From positions 1-53,716 of the forward strand of contig JAFGHC010000033.1 of the NCBI GenBank assembly GCA_016939335.1: a stretch of DNA of 53,716 nucleotides, written 5' to 3'. Shown here piece by piece: positions 45,501-53,716 of this stretch. A model generated the notes under the pieces. It worked only from the letters and a program-made list of their open reading frames with translations. It was not told the origin of the DNA and made no database searches. Source of the stretch: Candidatus Saganbacteria bacterium (lineage in GTDB: Bacteria > Margulisbacteria > WOR-1 > O2-12-FULL-45-9 > XYB2-FULL-48-7). Both the position numbers and the translations under genes were made by a program. How positions within the stretch are numbered: position 1 is the stretch's first letter; the number at the start of each line of letters is the position of its first letter.

Positions 45501-48322
45501 CCGGCTGCGCCGTCAGTCTGACCAAGAACGGTGCCACGATCGCCGCGACCGGCGTCAGCGTCGTGTCTCCGGCCCAGATCACCTGTTCGTTCGCCATTCC
45601 GCTGGCGGCGGAGGGCGGCGCCTGGGACGTCACCGTCACTAACCCGGACGGCCAGTCCGGCACCCTGCCCGGCGGTTTCACCGTCAATAAAGCGCCCGCG
45701 CCGGCGGTCACCGGCATTACGCCGAACAGCACCAACGAGGGCTTCACTGTCAGCATCAGCAACCTGGCGGGGACAAATTTCGCTGCCGGCGCCACCGTCA
45801 AGCTGACCAAGAACAGCGCCACAATTGACGCGACCGGCGTCAACGTGGTTTCCCCGGCCAAGATCACCTGTTCGCTGGCCGTTCCCCTGACGGCGGAGGT
45901 CGGCGCCTGGGACGTCACCGTCACCAATCCCAACGGCCTGCCCGGCACCCTGCCCGGCGGTTTCACCATCAACCCCAAGCTGCCCGGCCCCACCATTGCC
46001 AGTATTGATCCGAACAACGCGGTGGCCGGCGGCAACGTCAAGGTCATCAATCTGGTCGGCACGAATTTCCTGGGCGGCGCGTCCGTCACGCTGACCAACG
46101 GCAGCAACAAGATCACCGCGACCGGCGTCAACGTGGCTTCGTCCTCATACATTTCCTGTAATCTGGCGATCCCGGCCGGCGCGGTACCCGGCAAGTGGAA
46201 CGTCACGGTGACCAACCCCGACACCCAGGCGGCGACCTTGAACAACGGCTTCACCGTCTACTCTCCGGGAACAGCGCCGACGATCTCGTCGATCACCCCC
46301 AGCACCGGCAAAACCGGCGAAGCTCTTACCGTCACGATCAACGGGACCTATTTCAGCTCCGGCGCGACGGCCAAGCTCGCGATGACCGGCCAGGCCGACG
46401 TGCCGATCACCATCACCAACGTCCTGGCGGCAAAGATCACCGGTACACTGGCGATCCCGGCGGGAACGCAGGCCGGCGCCTGGACGGTGCTGGTCACCAA
46501 TCTCGACGGGCAGACCGGCGAACTGGTCGACGGCTTCACGGTGACGGCGGGCGGAGTCAACACGATCACGCTGGTCTCGCCGAGCGGCGGCGAAAGCTGG
46601 GACACCCTTTCGCAGCACAATATCGCCTGGACCACGACCGGCGCGATCGCCAACGTGAAGATCGAACTTTCCACTGACGGCGGTTCCACCTGGTCGACGC
46701 TCCCCGGCGCCGCCAGCGTTGCCAACACCGGCTCCTGGCTCTGGACCCTGCCCAGCACGCCGACCACGCAGGGGCGCATCCGGATCAGCGATGTGGCGGA
46801 TCCGGCCGTTTCCGGCACCTCGGGCAATTTCACGATCGTCAGCAATCTCCCGGCGCCGACGATCGCCAGCATCGACCCGGACAACGGCATCGCGGGTAAC
46901 ACCGTGACCGTCGTCAACCTGATCGGCTCGAACTTTGTCACCGGCACGTCCGTCAAGCTGGTCAAAGGGGCGGCCGTTATCAACGCGATCAACGAGGTGA
47001 CCTACTCTCCGACCTACATCACCTGCCAGCTGGCGCTCCCGGCCACCGCCGAGATCGGCGACTGGAACGTGGTCGTAACCAACCCCGACGCCAAGTCGGC
47101 CACCAAGGCCAACGGCTTCCATATCTACGCTCCGTCGGCGCTGCCGCCGACGATCAGCTTGATCGCGCCGAACAGCGGCGCCCAGGGTGCGACGGTCGCA
47201 GTAACGCTGACCGGCACCAATTTCAACGCGGGCGCCACGGCCAAGATCGCCAAGACCGGGCAAACCGACATTCCGATCGTCATCTCGAACATCACGGCGA
47301 CCCAGATCACCGGTTCGCTGCAGATCCTGGCGGGAGCGCAGACCGGCACCTGGACGGTAATGGTCACCAATCCCGACACGCAGACCGGCCAGCTGGTCAA
47401 CGGGTTCACTGTGACGGGGGGCGGCACGGGCGCGGTCTCCAACGTCAATATCGTCCGCGACGGCGACACGTACGGTTCTTCGGTCACCGTGACCTGGCAG
47501 ACCGATCCGGCCAATACGGCGGTGGACGTCTACGCCAGGACCGGAGATTTCTCCACGACCGCGGGCAGCTGGACGAAAGCGGCGTCGGGTATTACAATAG
47601 GCACCTACACCGACAGCAACCAGGTGGGTAATGGCACCGCGAAGTACTACAAGATCATTCCGGCGGGTGCAACTTTGCAAAACAGCGATCTAACACAAGA
47701 TGTGGTTGGGAAGTTTGACCTCAACGCCGGAGGGAGCCCTGAACAATTCTTTATCTCCCTGCCGCTTATACCGAACTCATCCTCGCCAAATTCAGTTATA
47801 GGCGCCCAAGCAACAAACGGCGATGGTATTATGATCTTTGATATAAACAAAAGTGTTACTCAGGCCGTTCAGTGGAACGGAACAGCTTGGGTCGATTTCT
47901 TTAGCGGCGCTCCGTCAGACATGGAAATCTTCCCGGGTTATGCCTATGGGTATTTAACAACCACTAATAGATTTATCTCAATCGTTGGAGTTGTGCGCAA
48001 TGAAGCATCTTATTCCCGCACAATTACGGGCGGAGCAAATATGAGCAAAAACGATTGGATAGCTGCTCCCTATCCTGTCAGCATTCTTGTCACCAATGCT
48101 GGCTTAAACGATTCGACAGTCGGGTCAGATCCGACCAATGCCGGAACCCTCTATTTATTCGATATAAATGCAACCTGGTTGGAAGGAGCCGTTCATGATG
48201 GGGCTTCAACCTGGAAAGATGCGTTTACCGGCAATCCTTCTACAATGGTCTTGCAGCCTGGTAAAGGGTACATGTTTACAAATCCAGTGGATTTTACCTG
48301 GACAGTAAACAAGCCTTACTAA
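42521..48322 (+). CDS. Giant secreted surface protein: signal peptide, YVTN-like beta-propeller, ten IPT/TIG-like repeats, putative Ig (He_PIG) domain
   Basis: Signal peptide KKFIALVIALLGLVVLAGAAQA; propeller blades (LAVSADGTKLYV, LFVAD); ten ~95-aa repeats ending W....TN(P/L)(D/N); ITTTSLPNGTVG...LPAGLTL...TIGGVPT. Confidence 0.85.
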   Translation: MRSKKLEVRSKKFIALVIALLGLVVLAGAAQAITTDVPANSVVNPVSNTLYVVNNGAPRIDVYKASGNWTNSGTTPITIPAGSQCYGLAVSADGTKLYVSLAAGSLSKTSVYSLDSNGLPTGSVDLTKPDGSAVYWSSSSAPGGLALGGDNKLFVADQGVSWFRVFDTASNTWLKNVNVIDPGTGQGVNNLYSIAVTPGTTSYKIYVARRSSAGAIYVYTYNAGTISYLRTITGLTYPTYMKVVNGELFVAVNGTNGIDVQVYNTSNDTLVGNVMSGTVGSYGWTAFDVSADGAWLLFKKAADPNEANNYVYKIMVSAISGNVTATKVTQIDNIINPPNPGNVIACDGLMISTTQANVGLANSPNGNFLQIYSNIVDQAPNPPSNLQQYKLDGVTPIAKGGGTYENGIVCKFTVTDPDSPTIIPSVFYGPVGGVGTRVTGPAAASGSTVSITIPASGSLAAGAYEWSARADDGTYVKDTAFGADSGAADFVVNIPAPTVASITPNTGAQNTLVTIDNLAGTNFVSATTVKLTRAGQSDITATGVNAVSANKITCSFNLSGAQLGAWNVVATNPDGQSGTLTNGFTVTAQAPIITGITPNSGTQGTTVAITNLSGLYFAAGAAVKLANGGSVINMSGINVVSATRITGSFAIPASATPGYWAVVVTNPDGQSFTYSGGFIVNATTPAPAVSGLTPNFGAQGSTVSITNLAGSGFVSGATVKLTNGSSVINATNVTVASSIKITCSLAIPASAPAGYWTAVVTNPDGQTGSLAGAFNVTATPPPAITTTSLPNGTVGSAYGQTLAASGGTAPYTWSITAGSLPAGLTLNAATGTIGGVPTTAQTANFTVQVTDAAGRTASTTLSLTILGLPPAVSGITPNSGAQGATVNITNLAGSNFVPGAAVKLTKNGSMIAATGVSVVSPAQITCSLTIPADAVIGYWNVTVTNPDGQSGTLGGLFKITAKVSAPTVTGITPNSTNEGSTVNITNLAGTGFVTGCAVSLTKNGATIAATGVSVVSPAQITCSFAIPLAAEGGAWDVTVTNPDGQSGTLPGGFTVNKAPAPAVTGITPNSTNEGFTVSISNLAGTNFAAGATVKLTKNSATIDATGVNVVSPAKITCSLAVPLTAEVGAWDVTVTNPNGLPGTLPGGFTINPKLPGPTIASIDPNNAVAGGNVKVINLVGTNFLGGASVTLTNGSNKITATGVNVASSSYISCNLAIPAGAVPGKWNVTVTNPDTQAATLNNGFTVYSPGTAPTISSITPSTGKTGEALTVTINGTYFSSGATAKLAMTGQADVPITITNVLAAKITGTLAIPAGTQAGAWTVLVTNLDGQTGELVDGFTVTAGGVNTITLVSPSGGESWDTLSQHNIAWTTTGAIANVKIELSTDGGSTWSTLPGAASVANTGSWLWTLPSTPTTQGRIRISDVADPAVSGTSGNFTIVSNLPAPTIASIDPDNGIAGNTVTVVNLIGSNFVTGTSVKLVKGAAVINAINEVTYSPTYITCQLALPATAEIGDWNVVVTNPDAKSATKANGFHIYAPSALPPTISLIAPNSGAQGATVAVTLTGTNFNAGATAKIAKTGQTDIPIVISNITATQITGSLQILAGAQTGTWTVMVTNPDTQTGQLVNGFTVTGGGTGAVSNVNIVRDGDTYGSSVTVTWQTDPANTAVDVYARTGDFSTTAGSWTKAASGITIGTYTDSNQVGNGTAKYYKIIPAGATLQNSDLTQDVVGKFDLNAGGSPEQFFISLPLIPNSSSPNSVIGAQATNGDGIMIFDINKSVTQAVQWNGTAWVDFFSGAPSDMEIFPGYAYGYLTTTNRFISIVGVVRNEASYSRTITGGANMSKNDWIAAPYPVSILVTNAGLNDSTVGSDPTNAGTLYLFDINATWLEGAVHDGASTWKDAFTGNPSTMVLQPGKGYMFTNPVDFTWTVNKPY
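42523..42557 (+). repeat. Five degenerate heptamers (nAGAAGt) in the signal-peptide n-region
   Basis: gagaagc aagaagt tagaagt gagaagt aagaaat. Confidence 0.8.
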
Positions 48323-48332
48323 TAGAGGGGGA

Positions 48333-50546
48333 ATGAAAATGATAAAAGTCAATCTACATAAGGGGGGAATGAGAAGCTGGAGCAAGCTATTTGCAATAGG
48401 CCTTGTATTGCTAATGGCAGCTGCGCCGGCTTTTGCTACTGCTGTAACCACTAATGCTTCACCAATCTATAATCATTTGGGCGCTCCTAATAATATTGGT
48501 GTTAATACTTTCTACCAAGTAATCCAGTCAACCAATGCTACAATTGACCCGCCTGATGCAAACGGCAATCCCACTGGAGACGATACTTTAGCAAACGTTG
48601 TCTATGGGGTCGCTACAGGTATAGGCCAGATTGCTATCGCAGGCCAGATTAGTGGAAAAAATTCTGATATCACTGCTGGCAAATATGTGTACATTAGAGT
48701 TTGGGAAGGGGCAACCTCCGCAGCTACAATTCCCACTAATGCAACTTATTATATCCAATCCACTCCGGCAAACGTTGGTACTGGATTTGTTATGACAGGA
48801 GGTTATAATCCAACCACTTTTACAGTTAATCCTGTTGGTAATACTCTAACCATCACCACGACCAGCTTGCCAAATGGCACGGCCGGCTCTTTCTACAGCG
48901 CGACTTTGCATGCCACTGGCGGGACAACGCCGTACACTTGGTCCTTGGCTTCTGGCGATTCGCTGGGGGCGGTTGGCTTGACGCTTAACGTAGCTACCGG
49001 TGTCATCTCCGGGACGCCGACAAGCGCGACTACTTTGAACTTTACAGTCCAGGTGGACGACTCGGCTTCTCATACCGCAACTAGACCTTTGTCGATTACC
49101 ATCAACACCCCCGGCACCAACAACCCGCCGGTGGCCGAGAGCCTTAATGTGACAGCTACTTCGGGAGTGACGACAACGATCACGCTCAAAGCAACTGATC
49201 CCGACGCTGGCGATACAATCGCCTCCTACGCAATTGTCGATCATCCGATCTACGGGACCGTCACGGTCAGCGGCAATCAGGCTACTTATACGCCGCCGAC
49301 TAACGGCTACACGGGCCTCGATCCATTCACCTATAAGGCGATAGACAACCACGGCGCTGAATCAACCCCCGCGACCGTGAACATTACCGTCACCGCCCCG
49401 ACCGCCATCGTCATCGACGACTTCGAGGGGGGCTGCGTCAAAACCAATGGTTACTATGTCTTCGAAAATTGCCAGGACATCACGCCGACCAACGAAAGCA
49501 TCAACTCGCAGCTCCGCAAGGGCGAGGCCAAGGACAACGGCAACTTCGGCGCCAAGGTCCGCTACTCTTACGTCGGCACCGACGGCTCCGACTGGGGCGG
49601 CGGCTGGGGCGCCCAGCTGATCAAGACGCTCGACCTCGAGCAGGCCAAGAGTATCACCATGAACGTGAAGTGGGACGGCTCGGACAACGACATGATCTTC
49701 TCGCTCAAGGACAGCGACGGCACAACGGTCAACGGCACCGTCGCCAACGCCACGCTGAAGGCCCTCGGCGGCTACGGCCAGATCACCATCGACCGGGCTA
49801 ACTTTGCCATCAACGACGCCGGCGCCGACAGCAGCTTCGACTGGGCCCAGGTCATCTCTTACAACTTTATCTTCAATACCAAGCTGACGACCAGCAACTA
49901 TATGTACCTCGACGACATCACCGCCCAGCTCGGCCAGGTCATCCCGCCGCTCTCGGGCAACACCATCTCGGTCTCGCCGAAGTCGGGCCCGGTCGGCACG
50001 GTCCTGACGATCAGCTGGGTCAAGGGAAATACTTTCGGCTCGTACCAGGGGAACAGCATAGTGATGTTCACCAATAAAGCGACCGGCGTGACTTCGGCCA
50101 ACGGCACGATCCTTTCCTGGAGCGAGACGCAGATCAAGGTCGTCGTCCCGCAGCTCGCCGCCGGCCAGTACGACGTCGCCGTCCGCGTCGCGCAGAGCGC
50201 CAGCGGCACGGTCCAGCCGTTCACCACCGACCCCGACACCTTCCAGGTGTACGCGGGCGGCGGGGCGGATACGCCGAGCATCTACCCGAACCCGTTCGAT
50301 CCGGGCAAGGAAACGGTGACGATCGCTTTGACCGACACCAAGGGGGCGAGCAACATCGATTACTACATCTATGATATGACGGCCCGGCTGGCCCATCGCG
50401 TGACGGGCGGCGGCACCCAGATCACCTGGGACGGCAGGGACCTCCAGGGAGGCCTGGCCGCTAACGGCGCCTATCTCGTCAGGATCGTTAACGCGGACAC
50501 CAGGTCGCTGATCGCCAGGGGCAAGCTCCTGGTCATCAGGCATTAA
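48333..50546 (+). CDS. Secreted multi-domain protein: He_PIG, cadherin/Big-like, CBM-like, IPT/TIG, and a C-terminal FlgD-Ig/T9SS-CTD-like domain
   Basis: Signal peptide (LFAIGLVLLMAAAPAFA); NNPPVA...ATDPD...FTYKAID; IDDFE...WGGGWG; C-terminal IYPNPF...YIYD...ITWDGRD...NGAYLVRI...KLLVIRH. Alternative start 48369 has its own RBS. Confidence 0.8.
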   Translation: MKMIKVNLHKGGMRSWSKLFAIGLVLLMAAAPAFATAVTTNASPIYNHLGAPNNIGVNTFYQVIQSTNATIDPPDANGNPTGDDTLANVVYGVATGIGQIAIAGQISGKNSDITAGKYVYIRVWEGATSAATIPTNATYYIQSTPANVGTGFVMTGGYNPTTFTVNPVGNTLTITTTSLPNGTAGSFYSATLHATGGTTPYTWSLASGDSLGAVGLTLNVATGVISGTPTSATTLNFTVQVDDSASHTATRPLSITINTPGTNNPPVAESLNVTATSGVTTTITLKATDPDAGDTIASYAIVDHPIYGTVTVSGNQATYTPPTNGYTGLDPFTYKAIDNHGAESTPATVNITVTAPTAIVIDDFEGGCVKTNGYYVFENCQDITPTNESINSQLRKGEAKDNGNFGAKVRYSYVGTDGSDWGGGWGAQLIKTLDLEQAKSITMNVKWDGSDNDMIFSLKDSDGTTVNGTVANATLKALGGYGQITIDRANFAINDAGADSSFDWAQVISYNFIFNTKLTTSNYMYLDDITAQLGQVIPPLSGNTISVSPKSGPVGTVLTISWVKGNTFGSYQGNSIVMFTNKATGVTSANGTILSWSETQIKVVVPQLAAGQYDVAVRVAQSASGTVQPFTTDPDTFQVYAGGGADTPSIYPNPFDPGKETVTIALTDTKGASNIDYYIYDMTARLAHRVTGGGTQITWDGRDLQGGLAANGAYLVRIVNADTRSLIARGKLLVIRH

Positions 50547-50549
50547 AGG

Positions 50550-50579
50550 TGAAATCAATGAAAAAACTTAACGATAAAT
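50550..50579 (+). promoter_or_regulatory. Sigma28-like promoter, copy 13
   Basis: TGAAATCA-ATGAAAAAACTTAA-CGATAAAT; implies the next gene starts at 50597. Confidence 0.75.
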
Positions 50580-50596
50580 ATACGGGGCAGGAAACA

Positions 50597-52543
50597 ATGT
50601 CAAAATCCGAAACACGAAATACGAAATACGAAATCCTCTCTTTGGCAATTGGAATTATATTTGTCATTTGCCATTTGTCATTTGTCATTGCGCCGGCAGG
50701 CGCTGACACCGGCACGCTCTCCGACCCGATGACGATCGGCGTCGGCGCCCGCCCGCTCGGCATGGGGAAGGCCTACACCGCGGTGGCCGAGGACGGCGAC
50801 GCCATTTTCACCAACCCGGCCGGCCTGGCCCGCTCCGCCAGCCCGAAACTGACCAGCATGTACGCCTCGCTGATGGGCGACGTCAGCTACGTCGTGGTCG
50901 GCGGCGTCTATCCCTACGGCGAGAAGTCGGCGATCGGCGCCGGCTACATCGGCTCCGCGCTCGACGGCATCCCCCTGACCGACGCGAGCGGCGCGTCGCT
51001 GGGGAGCGGCCGCTGGGGAAGCAACGTCATGTTCCTCTCCTACGGCACTTACTTGAACGAACTCGGCATCATCAAGCTCGATCAGGACATCCTGATCGGC
51101 GCCAATCTGAAGTACTTCAGTTTGAGCGGCGGGGGCGGCTCGAACGAGGCGAACGGGACCGGCTATGACCTCGACCTCGGCGTCCTCTACCCGGTCAATC
51201 CTTACGTGATGGTGGGCGCCAATCTGCAGAACGCCCTGCCCGGCTCAATGGGGAAGATCACCTACGCCTCCGGGGCCGAGGACGCCATCCAGCACACGCT
51301 CAAGGTCGGCGCCAAGGTCAACCTGATCGGCGACGAGAACGCCCTGACCGCCTCCGAGGGCCGCCGGCTCTACGGCACCGCCGACTACGACTACAACTTC
51401 TCCCGGCCGAGCGCGACCCACTTCGGCCTTGAGTTCTGGCCGACCGCCAACCTGGCGCTGCGCGGCGGCATGGACGGCAGCGACCCGACCGCCGGCCTCG
51501 GCCTGCGCGTCTCGGGCGTCGAGTTCAATTACGCCTACCATCCCTATTCGCAGATCAGCGAGAACACCACCCATTACTTCTCGCTCGGCTACCTGGGCGA
51601 AGCGCGGAAGCGGCAGATCAATATCACGCTCGACGAGCCGAAAGACAAAGCGGTCATTTACGAGGACCATGTCAGGGTCAAGGGCCGGGTCCAGATCAAG
51701 GAAGGGGACGAGCCGGCGCCGAAGGGCCCGCTCTCGCTCAAGGTCAACGGCATTGACGTCGCCGTCGCTCCCGACGGCAGCTTCGCGATCGAAACGCCGG
51801 TCCAGAATTACGGCAAGAAGCTGGTGCAGGCCACGGCCGTTGACGCCGCCGGCAACTCCGCGCAGCGGGACGCGCGCATCGTCCGCCTGATCTCGTTCGC
51901 CGACGTCCCCGACGGCTACTGGGCCAAGATGCCGATCGAGAACAACGCCACCGTCGGTCTGGTCCAGGGATACCCCGACGGCAACTTCAAGCCGGACCGC
52001 GCCTTGAGCCGCGCCGAGCTGGCCACTCTGCTCGTACGCGCCAAGGGGATCAAGCTCCCCGAAGGGCGGGCGCGCCAGTCGTTCAAGGACGTCAAGCCCG
52101 ACTTCTGGGCGGCCAAATACATCGACGCGGCGCAGCGCGAAGGGCTGGTCCTCGGTTATCCCGACAAGACCTTCCGCCCCAACAACAAGATCAACAAAGT
52201 CGAAGGGATCGCCATCATGGTCCGTTTCGACCAGCTCAAGCTGGCGGAAGTCGACTCCAAGCCGTACTGGGACATCGCGACCAACCACTGGGGGGCCAAG
52301 TATGTCCAGGCGGCCAAGGAAGCCGGCATGTTGAGCTTCATCGAGCGCAACCGCCTGCGGCCGAAAGAGCAGCTGGCCCGCTCGGAATCGGTCGAGATGC
52401 TCGGCAAGACGGCGCTGGCCGGCGGCAAGATCAAGGACCTTTACACCTGGGAGAAGGGCTTCAAGCCGGAGCTGGAAAAACAGCCGACGATCAGAGGGAG
52501 TCTCGACAATTTGGCTGAAATTTCGGCCGGAAATTACCGATAA
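50597..52543 (+). CDS. PorV/FadL-like outer-membrane beta-barrel fused to an Ig-like domain and three SLH domains
   Basis: Signal peptide; IGVGARPLGMGKAYTAVAEDGDAIFTNPAGL; DLG; NYAY. SLH repeats FADVPDGYWA...GYPDGNFKPD..LSRAE, FKDVKPDFWA...GYPDKTFRPN, YWDIATNHWG. Confidence 0.87.
   Translation: MSKSETRNTKYEILSLAIGIIFVICHLSFVIAPAGADTGTLSDPMTIGVGARPLGMGKAYTAVAEDGDAIFTNPAGLARSASPKLTSMYASLMGDVSYVVVGGVYPYGEKSAIGAGYIGSALDGIPLTDASGASLGSGRWGSNVMFLSYGTYLNELGIIKLDQDILIGANLKYFSLSGGGGSNEANGTGYDLDLGVLYPVNPYVMVGANLQNALPGSMGKITYASGAEDAIQHTLKVGAKVNLIGDENALTASEGRRLYGTADYDYNFSRPSATHFGLEFWPTANLALRGGMDGSDPTAGLGLRVSGVEFNYAYHPYSQISENTTHYFSLGYLGEARKRQINITLDEPKDKAVIYEDHVRVKGRVQIKEGDEPAPKGPLSLKVNGIDVAVAPDGSFAIETPVQNYGKKLVQATAVDAAGNSAQRDARIVRLISFADVPDGYWAKMPIENNATVGLVQGYPDGNFKPDRALSRAELATLLVRAKGIKLPEGRARQSFKDVKPDFWAAKYIDAAQREGLVLGYPDKTFRPNNKINKVEGIAIMVRFDQLKLAEVDSKPYWDIATNHWGAKYVQAAKEAGMLSFIERNRLRPKEQLARSESVEMLGKTALAGGKIKDLYTWEKGFKPELEKQPTIRGSLDNLAEISAGNYR
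50601..50687 (+). repeat. Two runs of degenerate heptamers (CGAAATA x5; TTTGTCA x4) inside the signal-peptide coding region
   Basis: caaaatc cgaaaca cgaaata cgaaata cgaaatc ... tttgtca tttgcca tttgtca tttgtca. Confidence 0.8.
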
Positions 52544-52545
52544 TA
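52516..52545 (+). promoter_or_regulatory. Sigma28-like promoter, copy 14 (inside the last codons of the upstream gene)
   Basis: TGAAATTT-CGGCCGGAAATTAC-CGATAATA; its TAA is the upstream stop codon. Confidence 0.8.
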
Positions 52546-52579
52546 ATATAGATAGAGTTCACAGAGGAGGAAATTAACT

Positions 52580-53563
52580 ATGGTGGCACCACTCGGTCCG
52601 ATCGTTCCAAGCCTGACCCTGGCGGCAGGCGGCTGCGGCTGGGACACCCGGCGCGGTAAATCGCCGGCTCCGGCGGCCGACAGCGAACCGATTGTCCTTG
52701 ACAAGCTCGACATCTACGCCGTGGTCGACGCGCTGCAGCAGGACGGTGCGAATGTCGGCCAGTGCTCCCTTGACGAGATCAAATTCACTGCCGCCGACGG
52801 CGGCGACCTGACGGTCAAGAGCGCTGAACTGACCAGACTGGCGATCGCCCAGCGGATCCTGATCAAATTTGATGATTACAACAAACTGCCCGATCTCACC
52901 AAGCTCGGCGTGATAAAGCTGATGTCGGACGAGCTCAAAAAAGAGGGGCCCGCCTCGCTGGAGTCTCTGATGACCTGGCGGCAGGGGATGAGTTACGGCG
53001 CTTATTGCAAAACCCACTACACCTGGTACGCCCCTGCCACTTACGGCCAGCTCCCCGAGGCGCTCGCGCTCAAGAATCTGAAGGTGAGCGATGTTAAGGC
53101 GTTGCTCGAAAAATGTAAACTGACCATCACTCCCACTCCCCTCAGCGTAAGCGTCGGCGAGAGGCGAACCGTCACGCTGAACAGTAAACTGCTGCCGCGC
53201 GACGCCAGTGCGCTCAAAATCGATTTCGGCAAAGGTATCGATACACCTGATCTCCCGGAGGCGGCCGCCGAACCGGGCAAGGTCACTGTCAAGATCGTCA
53301 TTAATGAAAAAGCGGAACCCGGTTTCCGCGATATAGTCGTGGAGCAGTCCGGCAGGGAGCTGATCAGCGGCAAAGGCCTTTTTGATGTTATCGCCGAAAA
53401 GCACCCGGCCCCTCTCTTAGAAAAAACAGGTGAAAAGCCCGCCCCGTCCGCCGTCGAAAAACCGGCGGAGGAGCCGGAGGAAGCGCCCAGGGTCCGTCAT
53501 GTCCGGAAAACTAAGTCTACGCCGCCCCCGGCAACAAAAAGAGAATCGGATTCTGAGTTATAA
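52580..53563 (+). CDS. Hypothetical protein with an atypical lipobox-like N-terminus, a possible Ig-like domain and a Pro/Glu-rich tail
   Basis: GAGGAGG RBS; MVAPLGPIVPSLTLAAGGC. Confidence 0.65.
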   Translation: MVAPLGPIVPSLTLAAGGCGWDTRRGKSPAPAADSEPIVLDKLDIYAVVDALQQDGANVGQCSLDEIKFTAADGGDLTVKSAELTRLAIAQRILIKFDDYNKLPDLTKLGVIKLMSDELKKEGPASLESLMTWRQGMSYGAYCKTHYTWYAPATYGQLPEALALKNLKVSDVKALLEKCKLTITPTPLSVSVGERRTVTLNSKLLPRDASALKIDFGKGIDTPDLPEAAAEPGKVTVKIVINEKAEPGFRDIVVEQSGRELISGKGLFDVIAEKHPAPLLEKTGEKPAPSAVEKPAEEPEEAPRVRHVRKTKSTPPPATKRESDSEL

Positions 53564-53578
53564 CGGAGGCAAATAAAT

Positions 53579-53716
53579 ATGGTGACCTTGGCTCCCGTCA
53601 ATACATCAGTCATTAAGCCTCGCCCCACGCTGGCGAAGGATATCTATCCCGGGATAGCGGAATCGGAAGACCTGACCAAGCTCCAGATTGACGGCCAACC
53701 CCTCGCCGCCCCGGAG
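53579..53716 (+). CDS. Hypothetical protein, 5' fragment (runs off the window)
   Basis: GGAGG RBS, ATG 53579, MVTLAPVNTSVIKPRP..., open to the end. Confidence 0.65.
   Translation, partial: MVTLAPVNTSVIKPRPTLAKDIYPGIAESEDLTKLQIDGQPLAAPE

Noticed and set aside
3968..50596. Longer ORF-track starts at 4039, 5070, 6496, 7509, 18013, 21882 and 50549
   Set aside because: They overlap upstream genes or run through or abut the promoter motif; downstream starts fit RBS or coupling better.
2196..52545. The recurring motif as a CRISPR repeat, attC site or repressor operator
   Set aside because: Copies are dispersed, non-palindromic and bipartite with a variable 14-nt core, and always point toward a start codon; a promoter fits best.

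Overview
GC-rich bacterial chromosomal window with no rRNA, tRNA, CRISPR array or transposase seen. The PorV-like barrel fused to SLH domains suggests a diderm Terrabacteria-side lineage such as Saganbacteria/Margulisbacteria; this is a tentative guess. At the left edge are a sugar ABC permease, a GH26 hydrolase and a small ORF on the minus strand. Nearly every transcription unit from 2.2 kb to the end is preceded by the same bipartite motif, TGAAATnn-N14-CGAtAwwt (14 copies, invariant spacing). Its geometry matches sigma28/SigD/WhiG promoters, yet none of the genes is flagellar. The apparent regulon has four parts: (i) nucleotide and nucleotide-sugar enzymes (tandem HIT, four sugar-phosphate nucleotidyltransferases, deaminase, HD proteins, NDP-sugar epimerase, DUF692-HD fusion); (ii) a very divergent synthase-dependent exopolysaccharide-like system (cellulose-synthase-like GT2 apparently split over two ~1250-aa genes, a TPR-like protein, a GH26-TPR fusion and a TPR + beta-barrel protein), whose predicted envelope parts lack Sec signal peptides; (iii) a Ser/Thr kinase and PP2C phosphatase pair; (iv) giant repetitive Ig-like surface proteins, a FlgD/T9SS-CTD-like cargo protein and a PorV-SLH fusion. 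All family calls come from motifs read by eye, not database searches.
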